Below are positions 60,121 to 64,000 of a stretch of 64,000 nucleotides of DNA, one piece after another. The stretch comes from an uncultured Planctomycetales bacterium (GTDB taxonomy: Bacteria; Omnitrophota; Gorgyraeia; Zapsychrales; Fredricksoniimonadaceae). The stretch spans positions 1-64,000 of the forward strand of contig CAYTIW010000007.1 in the NCBI GenBank assembly GCA_964438075.1, in the 5' to 3' direction. Below the pieces are notes generated by a model. That model saw nothing but the letters and a program-made list of their open reading frames with translations. It was not told where the DNA came from and ran no database searches. Every line of letters begins with the position of its first letter. Position 1 is the stretch's first letter. The translations under genes were made by a program, and so were the position numbers.

Positions 60121-61038
60121 CTATCTCCTCACCAGCGTAACAATGAGACCGAATATTGACATGATGAACGCCAGCAGCAGTAAATAGACCACCCGGTTCA
60201 TGCGCAGGCGCGCCATTGTCGACTCAACGACCCCTATCAAGACCGCAAAGGCGGACATCCCCGCCAGGTACATGGCGGTGTCCTGCCAGATATCCTTGAT
60301 CTGGAAAGGAAAGATCATGGAAATGAAAATGCTGCCCAGCAGAAAAAGTTTTATCGCCTTGCCATAAAGGATGTAAGCCAGGTCCACTCCCCCATGGTCC
60401 AGGACCATGACTTCATGGATCATCGTTAGTTCCAGGTGCGTTTCGGGATCGTCTACCGGTATACGCGAATTCTCCGCCAGCAGGATAAGGAAGAAGCTAC
60501 CCAGCACGAGCAAGAGCTCCGGGCCGGCCACTGGCCAGGAAGAGGCCATCTGCCCCACCAGCATATCAGATAGGGAAAGACTTTTTGCCAAGAGGGCCAG
60601 GATCGTGAGATCCAAGAGTAAAGTTATCTCGGATAAACTCGCGAAGGTCGCCTCCCGGCTGGAGCCCATGCCTTCAAAACTGGAGCCGGTATCGAGGGCG
60701 GCTAGTATCGTGACGAAACGCACTACTGCGAAAAGATAGGCGAAGAGCAGCATGTCACCCCAGAATTGAATGGGGGCTTTCAAAGGCCCCAAAGGGATCA
60801 CAATAGTGGCAGCCAGCGTAGCGGCCATTGAGATCATGGGTGCCATGCGGAAGATCCAGGTGGTCGTCGAGCTATAGACGCAACCTTTGCGCATTAATTT
60901 AAAAAGATCGAAATAGGGCTGCATCAAAGGCGGTCCCCAGCGGCCGGAAAAAAAGGCCTTGGTCTTGCCAATGATCCCTAAAAGCACTGGTGAAAGGACC
61001 ACGACAAATAACATATGTGACAATATATCCACGGTCAT
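60121..61038 (-). CDS. NuoH/HycD-like membrane subunit
   Basis: 305 aa with 8 TM helices. Complex I subunit 1 family. Confidence 0.65.
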   Translation of the reverse strand: MTVDILSHMLFVVVLSPVLLGIIGKTKAFFSGRWGPPLMQPYFDLFKLMRKGCVYSSTTTWIFRMAPMISMAATLAATIVIPLGPLKAPIQFWGDMLLFAYLFAVVRFVTILAALDTGSSFEGMGSSREATFASLSEITLLLDLTILALLAKSLSLSDMLVGQMASSWPVAGPELLLVLGSFFLILLAENSRIPVDDPETHLELTMIHEVMVLDHGGVDLAYILYGKAIKLFLLGSIFISMIFPFQIKDIWQDTAMYLAGMSAFAVLIGVVESTMARLRMNRVVYLLLLAFIMSIFGLIVTLVRR

Positions 61039-61039
61039 T

Positions 61040-63022
61040 TTATCCCAATTTCCATATCAACAAGATCAGAAGGAAAGAAAGAACGTACAAAATATAACTT
61101 TGGGTATGTCCGCTCTGTATCCATTTCAACTTCCAGGAGATCTTTTTGATCCCATAGAACAGCGGCCGGAAGACCAAATATTCCGAAGCATCTTTCACTG
61201 AGGAACTCAAATGGGCCGGGGCCGGGTAATATTTCCGTGTATCGGTGAGCTCGACTTTAAAAAGCAAAATGCTTTTAAAGAAATTTATGATCGAGGCCGC
61301 GAAGGAGGAGGCGGTATATTGCATCCGGGCGGAAGGGTAGGCATAGCCGCAGGTCCACGTCTCCCCCTGTCGAACCGGATAGGCTTGCAGCGCAAGTTTT
61401 CGCAAAAGGGCCAGGATGATGAAAATAAGGGCGCTGATCATTAATATCTTGGTGACCAGAAAAAGCGGAGCAATGACCGTCGCCAGCATGTCATAAGGGA
61501 TCACCACGCCAGTGATTGCCTGTGCCGCCTCCAGAGCATAGAAGACCATTACTGCCGGAAAAAGCCCGCCCCAGAAACAAATGGCCGCCAGTGCCAGCAT
61601 AGGGCCCCGTAACAGCCAGCCCGGTTCGGCGCAATGATATTCTTTGGCCGCCCGGCTCTTGCCCAGGAAAATGGCGCCGAAAGCCTTGGTAAAGCAAAGC
61701 GCGGCCAGCCCGCCTATCAGCGCCAGGGCGACTATGGCCAGGCTGGAAAAGATCACGCCGTAAATATCCAAACGGAATACGCCTTCCAAAATGGCCCTGT
61801 AGACCAGCCATTCGCTTATAAAACCGTTGAAAAGGGGTAAGCCGCAGATCGAAAATGACCCAATGAGGAAAAGGCCCCCGGTCCAGGGCAGCGCTTTAAT
61901 CAATCCCCCCATATCATCCAGAGACCCGGTGTGGGTCGAACGGATAACGGATCCAGCGCTCAGGAACAAAAGCCCCTTGAACAAGGCGTGATTGAAAGTA
62001 TGCAACAACGCCCCCGCATAGCCGATGAACGCGACGGATTCTTGTTGGTAGATGTGGCCCGTCAATCCAACCCCGAGCCCGAGTAAAATGATACCTATAT
62101 TCTCGATACTGTGGTATGCCAAAAGTTTCTTTACTTCATGCTGTCCCAGGGCGTATAACACCCCCCCTACTCCGGAAATAACAGCCAGGGCCAGCAGAAA
62201 TATCCCGCACCACAAGGGGAGATCATGGATGATAGCGATAATACGCATCAGGCCGTAAATACCGATCTTGATCACGACCCCGGACAACAAGGCGGAAATG
62301 TGGGTCGGGGCGGCCGGATGGGCATATGGTAACCAGATATGCAAAGGGATCATGCCGGCCTTGGCGCCAAAACCGACCAGGGCCAGTAAAAAGATCAATG
62401 CCGCCGAGCCTAAAGGGAATTGCGTGGCCCGCATCACATCGAAATCCAGGGAGCCCGCCTGGGCTCCCATCAGAAGGAACATGCCCAGCAGGCAAAAAGT
62501 CGCGCTATGCGTGGCTATCAGATAAATATATCCTGCCCGCTGGACCGTTTCCTTTTCATTATAAAAAGTGACAAGAAAATAAGAAACGAACGTCATCAGT
62601 TCCCAGGCCACGAGGAATATAAAAACACCTTTGGCCACCAAAATGAGGGCGATGGCCATGATCAGCAGATGATAGAGCGCGAAATGCACTCCGATGTTCC
62701 TTTGACCGCCGTACTCCCGTAAATAACCATAGCCATATATTCCGGCAGCCAAGGCAAGGAGGAAAACCAATAAAAGGAAAAAAGCGCTTAAAACGTCCAT
62801 CCCGATATGGAAAGTCCCTAAAGGGATCTGCCAATGGGCCCTGAAATCCCACGCCAGTGCCGGTTTACACAATATCTCGAGGGCGGACAGAAGACCCAGG
62901 CCGCAGCCGATGACCAGAGAGCCCAGAAAGATATGACCTGAAATTATTTTACAGCGCGCAGACAGCAATATCGCGAGTGAGGCGAGCGTTAAAACGGCGA
63001 GGCTTGATAATAGGAGTACCAT
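61040..63022 (-). CDS. NuoL/HycC/HyfB-like antiporter subunit
   Basis: 660 aa polytopic protein of the proton-conducting membrane transporter family. Confidence 0.7.
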   Translation of the reverse strand: MVLLLSSLAVLTLASLAILLSARCKIISGHIFLGSLVIGCGLGLLSALEILCKPALAWDFRAHWQIPLGTFHIGMDVLSAFFLLLVFLLALAAGIYGYGYLREYGGQRNIGVHFALYHLLIMAIALILVAKGVFIFLVAWELMTFVSYFLVTFYNEKETVQRAGYIYLIATHSATFCLLGMFLLMGAQAGSLDFDVMRATQFPLGSAALIFLLALVGFGAKAGMIPLHIWLPYAHPAAPTHISALLSGVVIKIGIYGLMRIIAIIHDLPLWCGIFLLALAVISGVGGVLYALGQHEVKKLLAYHSIENIGIILLGLGVGLTGHIYQQESVAFIGYAGALLHTFNHALFKGLLFLSAGSVIRSTHTGSLDDMGGLIKALPWTGGLFLIGSFSICGLPLFNGFISEWLVYRAILEGVFRLDIYGVIFSSLAIVALALIGGLAALCFTKAFGAIFLGKSRAAKEYHCAEPGWLLRGPMLALAAICFWGGLFPAVMVFYALEAAQAITGVVIPYDMLATVIAPLFLVTKILMISALIFIILALLRKLALQAYPVRQGETWTCGYAYPSARMQYTASSFAASIINFFKSILLFKVELTDTRKYYPAPAHLSSSVKDASEYLVFRPLFYGIKKISWKLKWIQSGHTQSYILYVLSFLLILLIWKLG

Positions 63023-63089
63023 GTTTTTTTATTACCGTCCTGGCCTAGGCAAATCGCGCAAGTTCACGGGAGTTGCCCGGTCTATTCCC

Positions 63090-63764
63090 TTAAGTCTTTA
63101 TCCTGGCCAGCAATCGTAAAAACCCGTCCAGGATGGTCAACGGATGCGGCGGGCAGCCAGGGATAAAGAGGTCGACAGGCAGAATGCCGTCCAGCCCCTT
63201 TGATGTTTCCGGGCTGCCGGCAAATATCCCCCCGGAGACCGCGCAGGCCCCGACCGCTACCACGATCTTAGGGTCGGGCGTGGCTTCGTAAGTTTTAAGA
63301 AGCGCTTCTTTCATGTTGCGCGTTATAGGCCCGGTCACCACAATCCCGTCTGCATGTCTGGGTGAGGCCACGAACTGAATGCCGAAACGACTGAGATCGA
63401 AGACCGGGGTGTTCAGCACGTTTATGTCCGCTTCGCAGGCATTGCATCCGCCTGCTGACACTTGGCGCAGCTTGAGCGATCGGCCGAAAATACGCAGCAT
63501 CTCCTGTTTGAGGGACCGCGCTAACGCGAGCTCCTCCCCCCTGAGGACCAGGTCGCTTCGCCGGCCGACGGCCATCCGGTAGTCGTTGGAATAGTTCACC
63601 CCGCCGTCCGGGATGAAGGTCATTGTCCCCAGGTCCAGTCCTTCCGGGTTCCCGGCGATGATAGGCCGCCCGCGGTAGCGTGCGGGCAGGGCCGGTGGAG
63701 GTATTCGAGGGAATTTAAGCGTCCTGCATCCTTGCAAAAACCGCGTCTTGATGATTTTCAACAT
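63090..63764 (-). CDS. NuoB/HycG-like [4Fe-4S] small subunit
   Basis: Cys ligands GGCNAC..., GACAVSGG, IPGCPP. Confidence 0.75.
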   Translation of the reverse strand: MLKIIKTRFLQGCRTLKFPRIPPPALPARYRGRPIIAGNPEGLDLGTMTFIPDGGVNYSNDYRMAVGRRSDLVLRGEELALARSLKQEMLRIFGRSLKLRQVSAGGCNACEADINVLNTPVFDLSRFGIQFVASPRHADGIVVTGPITRNMKEALLKTYEATPDPKIVVAVGACAVSGGIFAGSPETSKGLDGILPVDLFIPGCPPHPLTILDGFLRLLARIKT

Positions 63765-63772
63765 AATGTCAC

Positions 63773-64000
63773 CTATAGGTCATGCCCACAATATGAAAGA
63801 TTGAAACTCTTGTTGCACAGAGGGAAATCCGAGATCTCCTGGTTACGGACCGCCAGGCTGAGACCGAACCAGTTGTGGAAAGAAGGGTCTTTGATCTTAT
63901 AACGTGCAAAACCGCCCTGGGCGTCCGTGATGCCGACATGAGCGATCTCTCCGCGCCATCCCTCCACTAAGGCTAAGGCCAAGGTGTCAGGCCTCATCGG
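63773..64000 (-). CDS. C-terminal end of a NuoD / [NiFe]-hydrogenase large-subunit-like protein (gene continues beyond the window)
   Basis: C-terminus ...FPLCNKSFNLSYCGHDL resembles the large-subunit C-terminal region. Only 74 aa are visible. Confidence 0.45.
   Translation of the reverse strand, partial: PMRPDTLALALVEGWRGEIAHVGITDAQGGFARYKIKDPSFHNWFGLSLAVRNQEISDFPLCNKSFNLSYCGHDL

Overview
The window is one dense stretch of bacterial chromosome. Its most striking part is a single co-directional operon of about 25 kb on the + strand. The low, balanced GC content, T2SS-type pseudopilins and a giant repeat gene make an Omnitrophota-like lineage plausible, but that is only an inference.

The operon starts with the 3' 7 kb of a giant gene. 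The gene runs off the left edge of the window, so 2360 aa or more are visible. It encodes about 160 tandem copies of a 13-aa unit (G-[VI]-N-W-x-D-[LIM]-x-x-[LM]-[ST]-x-x, 39-bp period), followed by a helical C-terminal domain. Next comes a 448-aa bitopic coiled-coil protein. After that is an F-type ATPase-like gene set in a non-canonical order: alpha, a truncated epsilon, c, a 76-aa membrane protein, a b-delta fusion, gamma and beta. No subunit a gene is visible anywhere in it.

The beta stop codon lies 2 nt before the start of a GspE-type secretion ATPase. A type II secretion-like set follows: GspF, a gluzincin-like HExxH protein, GspG, two minor pseudopilins, GspK, GspL-like and GspM-like genes. 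The operon closes with a TPR protein and a protein or lipid glycosylation pair (an ArnT/PMT-like GT-C enzyme and a Dpm1/ArnC-like GT2 enzyme). A bidirectional terminator and a tRNA-Ala(CGC) end the locus. The tight coupling of a rotary-ATPase gene set lacking subunit a to a giant repeat protein and a T2SS-like machine is the candidate novel system.

The rest of the window holds ordinary and accessory genes. These include an STT3/PglB-like membrane glycosyltransferase with a secreted S1 protease, and an NfeD plus flotillin pair. Two paralogous 80-aa proteins flank a glutaredoxin-like protein, and an orphan hypE sits downstream. There is a GHL10-like hydrolase and a flavoprotein. On the minus strand sit a B12-radical SAM gene and two paralogous GT-C-like membrane proteins. 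Further along are acnA, leuCD, aroC, an SDR and a cNMP-binding patatin-like phospholipase. Then come NAD kinase, a HAD hydrolase, two secreted proteins, queH and an ACT-malic enzyme. The window ends with a group-4 hydrogenase/complex-I-like membrane module running off the right edge. No CRISPR array, integrase or transposase was recognised.
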